A stretch of DNA of 11,656 nt, from the IMG/VR virus record IMGVR_UViG_2778261571_000003, one strand, 5' to 3'. The first letter of the stretch is position 1, and every line of letters starts with the position of its first letter. Source of the stretch: a virus (taxonomy: Duplodnaviria > Heunggongvirae > Uroviricota > Caudoviricetes). A program made the translations under genes and the position numbers. Shown here piece by piece: positions 1-7,627 of the stretch. The notes under the pieces were generated by a model. The model made no database searches. It saw only the letters and a list, made by a program, of their open reading frames with translations, and was not told the DNA's origin.

Positions 1-51
1 GACCACCATTATCAAGCTTGCGCCGAAGAGCATCATTTTCAGCTTTCGCAT
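1..51 (-). CDS. Rz1: Rz1-like o-spanin, 5' part only (embedded in the +1 frame of Rz; runs off window start)
   Basis: Minus-strand ATG at 51..49 inside Rz in the +1 frame; translation begins [17 protein letters not shown], matching the N-terminus recalled for lambda/DLP12 Rz1 lipoprotein precursors (MRKLKMM...). Only 17 codons are in the window, so the lipobox is not visible. Confidence 0.45.
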   Translation of the reverse strand, partial: MRKLKMMLFGASLIMVV

Positions 52-271
52 CAGCTAACTCCTTCGTGTATTTATCATCGAGTGCATCAGCATCACGCTG
101 GCGCTGCTGCATGTCAGTAATGGTGGCGTTCGCCTTCTCCAGTTCACTGGCCTTGTTATCGCGCTGTTCTTTGTAGGCGATTGCATTATCACGGTAATGA
201 TTAACAGCCCATGACAGGCAGACGATGATGCAGATAACCAGAGCGGAGATAATCGCGGTTACCCTGCTCAT
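1..271 (-). CDS. Rz: Rz-like i-spanin, N-terminal ~90 codons (3' end off window)
   Basis: Minus-strand ATG at 271..269 overlaps the endolysin stop (ATGA). Translation [90 protein letters not shown] has an N-terminal TM helix then a charged coiled-coil-like region, typical of Rz; position after the endolysin fits. Confidence 0.8.
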   Translation of the reverse strand, partial: MSRVTAIISALVICIIVCLSWAVNHYRDNAIAYKEQRDNKASELEKANATITDMQQRQRDADALDDKYTKELADAKAENDALRRKLDNGG

Positions 272-765
272 TGTTGCCCCCACAAACAGACCTCACGCTC
301 AATCTCACGACGAGTCATCAGGCCTTTCCATTGCTTACCGCCAGCGTATGCCCAGCGACGTAGCTGGTCACATGCGCCCTTGATATCGCCCTGGTTTATT
401 TTGCGAAGAAGAGTAGATGTTCTGAAATTGCCTGCGCCCACGTTATAGACGAACGAGTAAAGAGCGCCGCGCGTTGTTTCCGGTATATCGACTTTGATGT
501 ACGGGTTAATTTGTCTGGCTACCGTGGCAAGGTCTTTATTCAGGAGGGCTTTGCATTCTGCTTCGGTATACGTTTTACCGGGAATGATGTCTTTTCCTGT
601 ATGCCCGTGACATACAGTCCATACGCCAACGATATCTTTGTATGGTATGTAGCTGACACCTTCCAGACCATCGTTACCACTTGGGCCAGTGATTAACACT
701 GATGCTATAGCAATTGCTCCGCCACCAATAGCAGCAGCAACGGCTTTTCGTAATGATGGAGGCAT
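268..765 (-). CDS. R: SAR endolysin (phage-21 R-type lysozyme, T4-lysozyme fold)
   Basis: 165-aa ORF. N-terminal Gly/Ala-rich weakly hydrophobic segment ([20 protein letters not shown]) typical of a signal-anchor-release domain. Catalytic triad spacing E-8aa-D-5aa-T is visible in [17 protein letters not shown]. Near-identical from memory to phage 21 R / DLP12 RrrD. Start ATG at 765..763 overlaps the holin stop (TAATG). Confidence 0.92.
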   Translation of the reverse strand: MPPSLRKAVAAAIGGGAIAIASVLITGPSGNDGLEGVSYIPYKDIVGVWTVCHGHTGKDIIPGKTYTEAECKALLNKDLATVARQINPYIKVDIPETTRGALYSFVYNVGAGNFRTSTLLRKINQGDIKGACDQLRRWAYAGGKQWKGLMTRREIEREVCLWGQQ

Positions 766-980
766 TATTCACCTCTCGCAGCCTTGCGCTTATCTTCTTT
801 AATCTTGAAATAAAGGTTTGTCAGGTACGTCAGCAGGCCAAATACCAAGCTACCCAGCACACCTATTGCTGCCCACTGTGAGGGCGTGACTTTATCGAGC
901 AGCTGTAAAAACCAGTAGCCAGCACTGCCTGCGGAGGTGCCGTAGGCAATGCCCGTTGTTAACTTATCCATGGATTTCAT
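765..980 (-). CDS. S: Pinholin (phage-21 S-type class II holin), dual-start motif
   Basis: 71-aa [29 protein letters not shown]...[22 protein letters not shown] with two TM segments and a charged C-terminus. Met1 and Met4 (MKSMDK) fit the antiholin/holin dual-start arrangement known for S21. RBS GGAGGTGAGG upstream of ATG at 980. Confidence 0.9.
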   Translation of the reverse strand: MKSMDKLTTGIAYGTSAGSAGYWFLQLLDKVTPSQWAAIGVLGSLVFGLLTYLTNLYFKIKEDKRKAARGE

Positions 981-1069
981 AGCCTCACCTCCGCAAATAA
1001 CGGATGGTGTACACGGTTCGGAACGAAGAGGAAAGGTATAGAAGTTACATTAGCGTAAGGCTTGAACAT

Positions 1070-1106
1070 CTATTCAAAAAGAAAAACGCCGCGATTATTC
1101 TGGCGT
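1070..1106 (-). terminator. Possible intrinsic terminator after the AraC-family gene
   Basis: On the minus strand a short hairpin (ACGCC ... GGCGT, 5-bp stem at 1086-1090 / 1102-1106) is followed by a T-rich run (complement of the plus-strand A-run around 1075-1085). The stem is weak. Confidence 0.3.
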
Positions 1107-1167
1107 AGCTGAAAGCATCATACAATTATCAAATACGAAAATTACAAAATCATTAAAACGCATCACG

Positions 1168-1899
1168 TTACATCATGTCTTTTTCTAAAAAAAATCTTGA
1201 TGAATATTGATGGGGAGGAACACCAAAATACCTTCTGAAAACACTTACAAAATATGACGTGTTTTCATAACCGCATATCTCAGCAACTTTTCCAACAGAA
1301 TATAAATTGTAGCTTAATAACCTTTCCGCCATCACCATTCGCTCTTCAAGAATTAACTTACTAAATGATAAGCCTTCGTGCTTTAATTTTCTTTTTAACA
1401 GACTTTCACTCAGATACAGTCTTGAAGATATATCACAAAGTCTCCATGCTGCAGATATATCCGTGTGAATAATAGCCTTAACTTTACTTCCTAAACTATT
1501 AAGACATCCAAATAAAAAACTTTGCACTATTTTCTCTGAAGATAAGATAGCAAGACATGCAAGTGATATTTGATTTCTAACAAAATCCACAGTTCTGCCA
1601 TCACAATTCAAGCATGCAATCAAGTTCTTTAACAATGAAAAATCTTCACATTCCACCATCAAGTATGCCGGATAAAACCTTCTTACAGAAAAAGGTGAGA
1701 GTGTGTTGCTTTTAAAGAAATCATTAACTGTTTTCTCTTCAACATCTACGATCATTACATGATCTATATTTGATGAAAAAAAATCTTTTAAATTGTAATC
1801 AATGAGAACAGCACTTCCTTTTTTAAACAAAATATCTTCTTTACCAATTCGGACATCAAACGAGTTCAACACCAAAATGATAGAACATATGTATGGCAT
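1168..1899 (-). CDS. AraC-family transcriptional regulator (AppY/EnvY-like, AT-rich)
   Basis: C-terminal AraC-type HTH signature (..VGKVAEICGYENTSYFVSVFRRYFGVPPHQY..). Gene is visibly AT-rich compared with the phage backbone. The track ORF begins at GTG 1908; I prefer ATG 1899 (MPYICSI...) because AGGTGG sits 5-6 nt upstream. Stop TAA at 1170..1168. Confidence 0.85.
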   Translation of the reverse strand: MPYICSIILVLNSFDVRIGKEDILFKKGSAVLIDYNLKDFFSSNIDHVMIVDVEEKTVNDFFKSNTLSPFSVRRFYPAYLMVECEDFSLLKNLIACLNCDGRTVDFVRNQISLACLAILSSEKIVQSFLFGCLNSLGSKVKAIIHTDISAAWRLCDISSRLYLSESLLKRKLKHEGLSFSKLILEERMVMAERLLSYNLYSVGKVAEICGYENTSYFVSVFRRYFGVPPHQYSSRFFLEKDMM

Positions 1900-2250
1900 A
1901 TTATCCACCTGATATCATTGGGGTTACACCAGGTAAGTATAGGTGGAAAATCAATATTCGCCAGTTCAACAATAAGGAAAATTTCATTGCATCACAAGTA
2001 TAAAATTATGTATTTAACTCACAAAGACAAATTATTAAACCAATCCGTTATATTATATATAGCTGCGTGGAATCATAATATTATATATTTTGACTGGCAT
2101 GTTTACCAACTTTAAGTTGCATCTCAATTGTTTCTTCAGCGTAAACAGAGTTTTTATACAAACTGACACTCTGGGTATCATAGTGTAGTTTTTACGATTG
2201 TAAATATCCTGCATGCAGGAACTCATCCTTTTGGATGATATCGCATACAA

Positions 2251-3210
2251 TTAATTTACCATCAGTCTTAGAGCCAGTTCGTCCGGATAGGGATCGAAGT
2301 AATTCTGTGTAAGCAAGTAATCATTAGGATACTCACCCAGATAATGCTTCAGCAGAGTCAACGGCGCAAGAAGAGGTAATGTGCCAGAACGATAGTTAAG
2401 TATAACCTCGCTCAACTCTTTACGCTGGCGTGTACTTAAGTAGTTACTAAAATACCCCTGTATATGCATCAGCACATTCGTGTGATTTTTACGTGATGCA
2501 GGTTTTCTGAGAATCGCCATCAGCTTATCACGATACACCTCAAAGTATGATTCAAGGTCCGCCCACTCGTGTATTGCAGCCACAAATGGTCCCATATCTT
2601 TATAGCCTGCCTGACTATGCGCCAACAACTGAAGCTTATAACGACTATGAAAAGCTAATAACTCTCTTCTTGATAATTTCTCCTTGTAAAGGTGATTGAG
2701 CTCATGCAAAGCAAAAACTCTTTCAACAAAATTCTCACGAAGCACTGGATCATGTAATCGCCCATCCTCTTCAACCGGTAGCCAGGAAAACTTTTCCATC
2801 AAAGTGCTCGTAAATAGTCCCACTCCATCTTTACGACCTCGATTACCATTTTCATCATAGACACGCACGCGCTCCATGCCACAGCTGGGAGATTTAGCAC
2901 AAACCACAAACCCCGATACATCCTTTAATTTGTCCATATAAGAACGACTAAACTCTGTCATTCTCTCTGTCACATCCTCATTCTGGTCGTGGCTGAAACA
3001 CATCCGTATATTTCCTTGCGTCGAGCGCACAAGACGTAGAGCAGGACGCGGAACTGGCAGCCCTATAGCCATTTCCGGACATACTGGTCTGAATGTTACC
3101 CATTCCACTAATTTGTCCATTAAAAAGTCAGCTCTTTTGTGACCACCATCAAAACGAACAGCAGAACCGGCCAAACAACCGCTGATTCCAATCACAGGTT
3201 TTTTTATCAT
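2251..3210 (-). CDS. DUF523/DUF1722 two-domain protein (YbgA/TudS-like family)
   Basis: 319-aa ORF. N-terminal region (PVIGISGCLAGSAVRFDGG...VCPEMAIGLPVPR...) resembles the Cys-containing DUF523 core; the C-terminal half resembles DUF1722. RBS GGGGGAG before ATG at 3210. Family assignment is from memory, not a search. Confidence 0.7.
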   Translation of the reverse strand: MIKKPVIGISGCLAGSAVRFDGGHKRADFLMDKLVEWVTFRPVCPEMAIGLPVPRPALRLVRSTQGNIRMCFSHDQNEDVTERMTEFSRSYMDKLKDVSGFVVCAKSPSCGMERVRVYDENGNRGRKDGVGLFTSTLMEKFSWLPVEEDGRLHDPVLRENFVERVFALHELNHLYKEKLSRRELLAFHSRYKLQLLAHSQAGYKDMGPFVAAIHEWADLESYFEVYRDKLMAILRKPASRKNHTNVLMHIQGYFSNYLSTRQRKELSEVILNYRSGTLPLLAPLTLLKHYLGEYPNDYLLTQNYFDPYPDELALRLMVN

Positions 3211-3402
3211 ATTCTCCCCCTTGACTAATTCATTAACACATAAACTGTGTAGTGCACGGAATAAATTGCCTTTCTGGCGTCATCACTGACAATTTTTCTG
3301 TTATGGACTATTCCTAATATAGTATGAAAGTTCTTTAAGTGATCGGTCGTAATCATCTATCTTTCATACTTACTCTCAACTATCAAAAGTACAGGATTTA
3401 TT

Positions 3403-3927
3403 ATGAAGTTATGGCCTGTGTTGACTGGCATTGCACTCTCTTTCACTCTTATAGCATGTAAGGCCCCGACACCACCTAAAGGTGTGCAGCCGATTACAAA
3501 TTTTGACGCCAACCGCTACCTCGGAAAATGGTATGAAATAGCTCGCCTCGAGAACCGGTTCGAACGTGGTCTGGAACAGGTCAGCGCTACTTATGGAAAA
3601 CGGAACGACGGAGGGATTCGTGTACTTAACCGTGGATACGATCCAACGAAAAATAAATGGAGCGAGAGCGAAGGTAAAGCATACTTTACTGGAGATACTA
3701 AAACTGCAGCATTGAAGGTTTCGTTTTTTGGCCCCTTCTATGGTGGCTATAATGTAATCAAACTGGATGATGAGTATAAGTATGCTCTTGTCAGTGGTCC
3801 GAACAGAGAATACCTATGGATTCTGGCAAGGACCCCAACTATTCCAGATAAAGTAAAAGCAGACTATGTGCGAACCGCTCAAAAGTTGGGATTCAATGTC
3901 AATGAATTATTATGGGTTAAACAATAA
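3403..3927 (+). CDS. blc: Outer-membrane lipoprotein Blc (bacterial lipocalin) homologue
   Basis: 174-aa ORF with signal peptide and lipobox (..FTLIAC|KAPTPP). Lipocalin signature recalled from E. coli Blc: NFDANRYLGKWYEIARLENRFERG, GKAYFTG, LKVSFFGPFYGGYNVI, YLWILARTP. Only gene of the operon region on the plus strand; clearly diverged from the E. coli chromosomal Blc as I recall it. Confidence 0.88.
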   Translation: MKLWPVLTGIALSFTLIACKAPTPPKGVQPITNFDANRYLGKWYEIARLENRFERGLEQVSATYGKRNDGGIRVLNRGYDPTKNKWSESEGKAYFTGDTKTAALKVSFFGPFYGGYNVIKLDDEYKYALVSGPNREYLWILARTPTIPDKVKADYVRTAQKLGFNVNELLWVKQ

Positions 3928-3953
3928 AATCCCTACCCGAAATAATACTTATT

Positions 3954-3982
3954 AGAAAAAAACCAGCCTTTGGGGAGGCTGG
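3954..3982 (-). terminator. Rho-independent terminator downstream of Q (tR'-like position)
   Basis: Minus-strand RNA: CCAGCCU-CCCCAA-AGGCUGG (7-bp GC-rich stem at 3963-3969 / 3976-3982, 6-nt loop) followed by a U7 run (plus-strand A-run 3956-3962). Lies ~100 nt beyond the Q stop, where lambdoid phages place the late-leader terminator. Confidence 0.6.
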
Positions 3983-4082
3983 CTAAATCAGGAAACAAGC
4001 TGTTATATGATAATAACTACGTTGCGATTCCAACATTTAAAATGTTAGACTAATGACAATCAGACAGCAACTTTTCCTTTAA
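3983..4082 (-). promoter_or_regulatory. Putative late promoter / Q-utilisation region between Q and the terminator
   Basis: Inferred from position only (lambdoid late promoter and Q binding/pause site lie directly downstream of Q). Candidate minus-strand elements such as TTGGAA ... TATCAT exist, but no confident -35/-10 pair could be fixed by eye. Confidence 0.3.
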
Positions 4083-4460
4083 TTATTTCGAACAATCAGC
4101 ATCCATCTCCAATCGGAGATCCAACACCATCAGCATACCCTCCACTACGCCCTCAGCTTTCTGAAGCATCCTGCCAACCCAACAATCAGATCGCCCATGC
4201 TTACGTGCAAGCGCCATAAAAGTCATGCCGCCGACATAATAGTCCACCAATAAATCATGCAAATCGCTGTTGTTCTTTTTCAGACGGGCCATGCACCCGC
4301 AAATGATCATCGCGTCATCGTCACAACATTGTGGGCGAGATTTTACTTTTGAAGGAATTAATCCCTTAAAACCGGCGGCAATGGACGACCAGGTCACATC
4401 TTCATGATTATTAGCCGCCCACGCTCCCCAACGCTCAAGAACCATCTGAATATCACGCAT
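4083..4460 (-). CDS. Q: Late-gene antiterminator Q (phage-82 / DLP12 QuuD type)
   Basis: Translation [75 protein letters not shown]... matches what I recall of DLP12 QuuD, including the Cys-rich segment. Track ORF starts at TTG 4475; ATG 4460 (MRDIQ...) preferred. Stop TAA 4085..4083. Confidence 0.85.
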   Translation of the reverse strand: MRDIQMVLERWGAWAANNHEDVTWSSIAAGFKGLIPSKVKSRPQCCDDDAMIICGCMARLKKNNSDLHDLLVDYYVGGMTFMALARKHGRSDCWVGRMLQKAEGVVEGMLMVLDLRLEMDADCSK

Positions 4461-4545
4461 CAACTTACTCCACAAAACTCAGACCAGAACGCCAATTACA
4501 AGCAAAAATCAACAAAACAGTATTAGTTGATTGTTATCTCTGACT

Positions 4546-4686
4546 TCATACTCCTGCTCCTGTCAGTGTTTTGGCGTAATTCTTCAGTATTCGGTAATCG
4601 GTCAAAACAGAACCGGGGAAACGATATAAGCGCAGACGCCCCCAGCGGTGGCGAAGAAGTTCTGCCATATTAAACTCAAACATCAT
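4546..4686 (-). CDS. ylcG: Small protein, YlcG-like (46 aa)
   Basis: Not in the ORF track (<60 aa). Hand translation from minus-strand ATGATG at 4686: [46 protein letters not shown], stop at 4548..4546. Start overlaps the rusA stop (ATGA). Sits between rusA and Q as ylcG does in DLP12. Confidence 0.55.
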   Translation of the reverse strand: MMFEFNMAELLRHRWGRLRLYRFPGSVLTDYRILKNYAKTLTGAGV

Positions 4687-5045
4687 TCATTCCCCATTTC
4701 GGTGATGGTCAGTTCCAGCCTCCCACCTTTGGTAACAGGCATCTTCACAACGCGGTAATCAACGACCTGAGCATCATCCAGCCAGAAACATGCTTTAGTG
4801 AGTGCGTCAAAAGCGGCTTTTTGCAGATTATCCAGGTCACGGCGACGGCGATCCGGCATGTGGCACTCAATGCGGATTTTCACAGGCATAGCCAGGCCGA
4901 TATCTAGCATTGCGTTTTTAATGATTCGGGCGACGTTATCGCGGTATGCCTGCCCCTCTGCGCTGATGTGCGTGCGTCCGCGATTATGGCGGTAATAGCG
5001 ATTATTGCTCGGAGGCCAGGGTAATGTGATGCTGTAGGTATTCAC
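4683..5045 (-). CDS. rusA: Holliday-junction resolvase RusA
   Basis: 120-aa [29 protein letters not shown]...[31 protein letters not shown], essentially the DLP12 RusA sequence as recalled. Start codon is GTG (5045..5043), overlapping the ybcO stop. Confidence 0.95.
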   Translation of the reverse strand: MNTYSITLPWPPSNNRYYRHNRGRTHISAEGQAYRDNVARIIKNAMLDIGLAMPVKIRIECHMPDRRRRDLDNLQKAAFDALTKACFWLDDAQVVDYRVVKMPVTKGGRLELTITEMGNE

Positions 5046-5332
5046 GCCTTAATAACCCCCTCTTTCAGCCAGATAACCTGTGTTCTCGCCATACCTTCCA
5101 GCGCGCATTCTTTTGCATATGCAGCATCGACAAAATGTGTGCGGCGGTCGATTTCGTCGTGGCAGGCAGAACATGCAATGGTGGCAATCAGGTCTGGCGG
5201 TTTGATACCGGTACCGCACAATCCAGCCAGCCGGATATGTGCCAGTACAGACGTCTCAGAATTGCCATTACATACGCCAGGGATTCTTACCTGGCATTCC
5301 CGACCACGCGCTGCTTTTCTCAAATCAGCCAT
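5042..5332 (-). CDS. ybcO: YbcO-like protein (DUF1364; Cys-rich putative nuclease)
   Basis: Translation from ATG 5332: [67 protein letters not shown]..., matching recalled DLP12 YbcO. RBS AAGGAGGA 4 nt upstream. The track ORF start at 5371 is an in-frame upstream extension that overlaps ninE. Confidence 0.8.
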   Translation of the reverse strand: MADLRKAARGRECQVRIPGVCNGNSETSVLAHIRLAGLCGTGIKPPDLIATIACSACHDEIDRRTHFVDAAYAKECALEGMARTQVIWLKEGVIKA

Positions 5333-5495
5333 GATTCCTCCTTGCTGCCAGTCGCAACCATTTTTTATCAACCAGGCTAGCGGTATATCCGAGCAGTGTT
5401 GGTATTTCGGATGGCTTCAGCTCAGGCTTACGCTTACGACGATTTGATACTCTGTAGATGTGTCCGTTCATGACACGAATAAGCGGTGTAGCCAT
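5325..5495 (-). CDS. ninE: NinE-like small protein (56 aa)
   Basis: Not in the ORF track. Hand translation from ATG 5495: [56 protein letters not shown], stop 5327..5325. ATG overlaps the ybcN stop (TAATG) with AGGAGG upstream. Order ybcN-ninE-ybcO-rusA matches DLP12. Confidence 0.65.
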   Translation of the reverse strand: MATPLIRVMNGHIYRVSNRRKRKPELKPSEIPTLLGYTASLVDKKWLRLAARRNHG

Positions 5496-5950
5496 TACGC
5501 CTCCTGCTTGTCGCGGAGCAGCTGGAACTCGCAGCTCTGCGGAATAGTCAGGTGGCAGCCAATATTCATCGCCCAGGCTTCAACCTTACACAGGAAGACA
5601 TACATCTCTCCGGTATCAAGATTGGAGGTATGACGTAATGACTGAATGGTGGTGATTTCACCGGTTACGACATCAACCAGTTCTTTGGTTTCATAACCGA
5701 GATAAGTGTGTTTGAGAGCATCTTTTACCCAAGCTGGAGTGGCGAACGTTTTACCCCTGCTGATGAGGTATTCACTGATTTCGCTGTACCACATGTGGCT
5801 GAGTGCATTCTGGGAAAGACTGCGTCTCTCGCGCCACGGTTTAAGCACCATGCGAAAGCATTTGCCGTCCTCCAGATAAGGCTGGATCTGCCGACCGATA
5901 GCGGTGAAGTTACCGCGATGCAATTTGATACCATCTTGTGGGAGGTTCAC
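5495..5950 (-). CDS. ybcN: YbcN-like protein (NinB-related; DLP12 YbcN family)
   Basis: 151-aa [24 protein letters not shown]...[18 protein letters not shown]... The RSLSQN..W motif resembles lambda NinB (RSLDQNRKLW) and the whole matches recalled DLP12 YbcN. GTG start at 5950 with GGAGG 6 nt upstream. Confidence 0.75.
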   Translation of the reverse strand: MNLPQDGIKLHRGNFTAIGRQIQPYLEDGKCFRMVLKPWRERRSLSQNALSHMWYSEISEYLISRGKTFATPAWVKDALKHTYLGYETKELVDVVTGEITTIQSLRHTSNLDTGEMYVFLCKVEAWAMNIGCHLTIPQSCEFQLLRDKQEA

Positions 5951-6156
5951 GCTTCACCTCCGCAGAGATCAAACGCTGGATGCAAAATATCGCAGGTGCA
6001 TTTCTGCATCTGTGAATGGAGAAGAGAGGTTGGATTGTATGTGCGCATAAACGTCCCCGTTTAGCGCAGAAGTCACCGGAGTTGTTCAGGCTCCGATTAC
6101 TTAATTATGGCAAGTTGATTATCGCAAATCAAAGGTTTTAATTGTGCTTTATTCTT

Positions 6157-6357
6157 TCAAGCGTTTCCTTCATACCAAAGCCTATAAAGTTTTTCTTCTT
6201 CGTTTGGGTTAATAGGCTCACCATGTTTTAATTTTTCAGTGTACAAAATTGTTGAACAAATCGCGGAAGTTAATCCAGTGATCGCCATCTGCCGCAGATC
6301 GGATTTTTGTGTCCCCCTCAACAGACGATCTCCCATCCATGTAATAATTGTATCCAT
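6157..6357 (-). CDS. Hypothetical small protein (66 aa), no recognised family
   Basis: ORF MDTIITWMGDRLLRGTQKSDLRQMAITGLTSAICSTILYTEKLKHGEPINPNEEEKLYRLWYEGNA with only a weak SD (AAGGG, ~9 nt spacing). Co-oriented with the operon and downstream of the ORF-free stretch. Coding status uncertain. Confidence 0.35.
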   Translation of the reverse strand: MDTIITWMGDRLLRGTQKSDLRQMAITGLTSAICSTILYTEKLKHGEPINPNEEEKLYRLWYEGNA

Positions 6358-6940
6358 GCTTCAGCCCTTCTTAGTAAATAGTGTGTAGGGCGACTGAAGG
6401 ACCGAGTTTATGCTTTTTCGCATTGCTTTCAGTTAGTAGACCGGTATAGCACCGGAAACAATCCTACGGCAAATTGGTTGTCTGACCTCTCGGTTTTTCG
6501 TGCATTAACCGATACCCACTACAGTCTCGGCGAAAGCTGCACACCCCCAAGGTGTACTGGTAGCACTCGGCACAGCCTAGCGCGCCACTTTCTCCTCACT
6601 ATCCAGTCTAATTTTATCCCCTAGTCAGACACTCAGATGTAGTGCTCAGCAGCGGCATGCGGGGGAATACAAAAACTCGGACAAAATTGGGCCCTCCTTT
6701 TTGAATCACTCGCGGGGATGTAGTTATTAATACATGGGAAAAGATCTGTTTTCAAATCCAACATTATATGGTTTCAATACCACGGGGTGGCTATGTGTTT
6801 CTCATTATTATTTACAATCTACTGTAATCGCTCCGAACGCAAATGCGTCAATACTCGAATCAACTGATCATCCTGCCACGACTGAAATCTCAAATAGGCC
6901 GTTTCTCAAGTAAGAGATTTTGAATGCATTATTGGCTACT

Positions 6941-6969
6941 GAAATAAAAAACCCAGCGCAAACTGGGTT
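6941..6969 (-). terminator. Rho-independent terminator after the secreted-protein gene (tR2-like position)
   Basis: Minus-strand RNA: AACCCAG-UUUGCG-CUGGGUU (stem 6950-6956 / 6963-6969) followed by UUUUUUAUUU. Lies immediately after the stop of the 6987..7481 gene. Confidence 0.55.
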
Positions 6970-6986
6970 CATATGAAATTTTTTTG

Positions 6987-7481
6987 TCATTTCCAATTGC
7001 AAGACTGTGAAATTTTTTCCACAACCTTATCAATCTCAGACAAGTCAAACTCAACTACTTGCATAGTTGATCCATAAGGTTCAAACCCAAAAATAGCTTT
7101 TTTATGCTTAGCCAAGGTCTTTATAAATTGTATTGGTTGTGGAGCAAATGCAGAATCACCGCCTTCCCCACCTCCCCAAACACTCTTGACCGGCTTTCCG
7201 CCATCTAACCGCACTGTAATTCTTGGGTTGTCCGAACCCATATAATCATTGAATGATAAATAGGCATCTGTTTTGTTATCACTACAACGCAACACCAGTG
7301 AAGTTGCACGATCAGTACCTGCTTTGTTATATGAATCTGGTGATAAATTAAGAGCCACAAAGTCAGTCTGGTCAGTCATTTTATTTATCTCAGACTTTGT
7401 TATCCACGGCCCTAACTTCTCTACACCAGCATTTGCTGTAAACGAGGCACTTATAACAAAGGCTAAAATAAATTTTCTCAT
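6987..7481 (-). CDS. Secreted/periplasmic protein of unknown function (cargo gene)
   Basis: 164-aa ORF with a classical signal peptide (MRKFILAFVISASFTANA|GVEK...). Strong RBS AAGGAG 8 nt before ATG 7481. AT-rich relative to neighbours. No family recognised; no counterpart at this position in lambda. Confidence 0.7.
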   Translation of the reverse strand: MRKFILAFVISASFTANAGVEKLGPWITKSEINKMTDQTDFVALNLSPDSYNKAGTDRATSLVLRCSDNKTDAYLSFNDYMGSDNPRITVRLDGGKPVKSVWGGGEGGDSAFAPQPIQFIKTLAKHKKAIFGFEPYGSTMQVVEFDLSEIDKVVEKISQSCNWK

Positions 7482-7627
7482 AACCCTATCTCCTTGGATT
7501 CAAAGAACTAAATATTATCAAGTCTCTTGCCACTAGAAAACCCACTTTATTTCCAAACTCTGATGGCATTCCTGAAAATCCGCTTCATACTCACTTGCCC
7601 CGCCCTATCATCCTGAGTAGCTAACCG

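Noticed and set aside
1918-2250. Two 65-aa ORFs (1918..2115 plus strand, 2053..2250 minus strand) in the AT-rich spacer between the AraC-family gene and the DUF523/DUF1722 gene
   Set aside because: Very AT-rich, low-complexity translations (many I/Y/N/K), no RBS, mutually overlapping; more likely promoter/spacer DNA. The 12-bp palindrome CCTGCATGCAGG at 2208-2219 is noted here but has no following T-run, so it was not called a terminator.
4461-4475. TTG start for Q at 4475 ([10 protein letters not shown]...)
   Set aside because: ATG 4460 gives the conserved [12 protein letters not shown]-terminus and has a GGAG upstream; the TTG extension adds five residues without support.
5333-5371. Upstream extension of the ybcO ORF (MIKNGCDWQQGGI...)
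   Set aside because: It is the 3' end of ninE read in another frame; ATG 5332 has a strong RBS and gives the expected [11 protein letters not shown]-terminus.
6734-6913. 59-aa plus-strand ORF (MGKDLFSNPTLYGF...) inside the ORF-free stretch
   Set aside because: No SD, antisense to the operon, composition not protein-like; kept only as part of the unexplained-region finding.
6361-6986. Possible tRNA genes (lambdoid phages often carry tRNAs near Q)
   Set aside because: No T-arm-like GGTTCGAATCC/GTTCAAATCC motif with a complementary stem was found on either strand; the nearest match (TTTTCAAATCC at ~6750) lacks a pairing stem.
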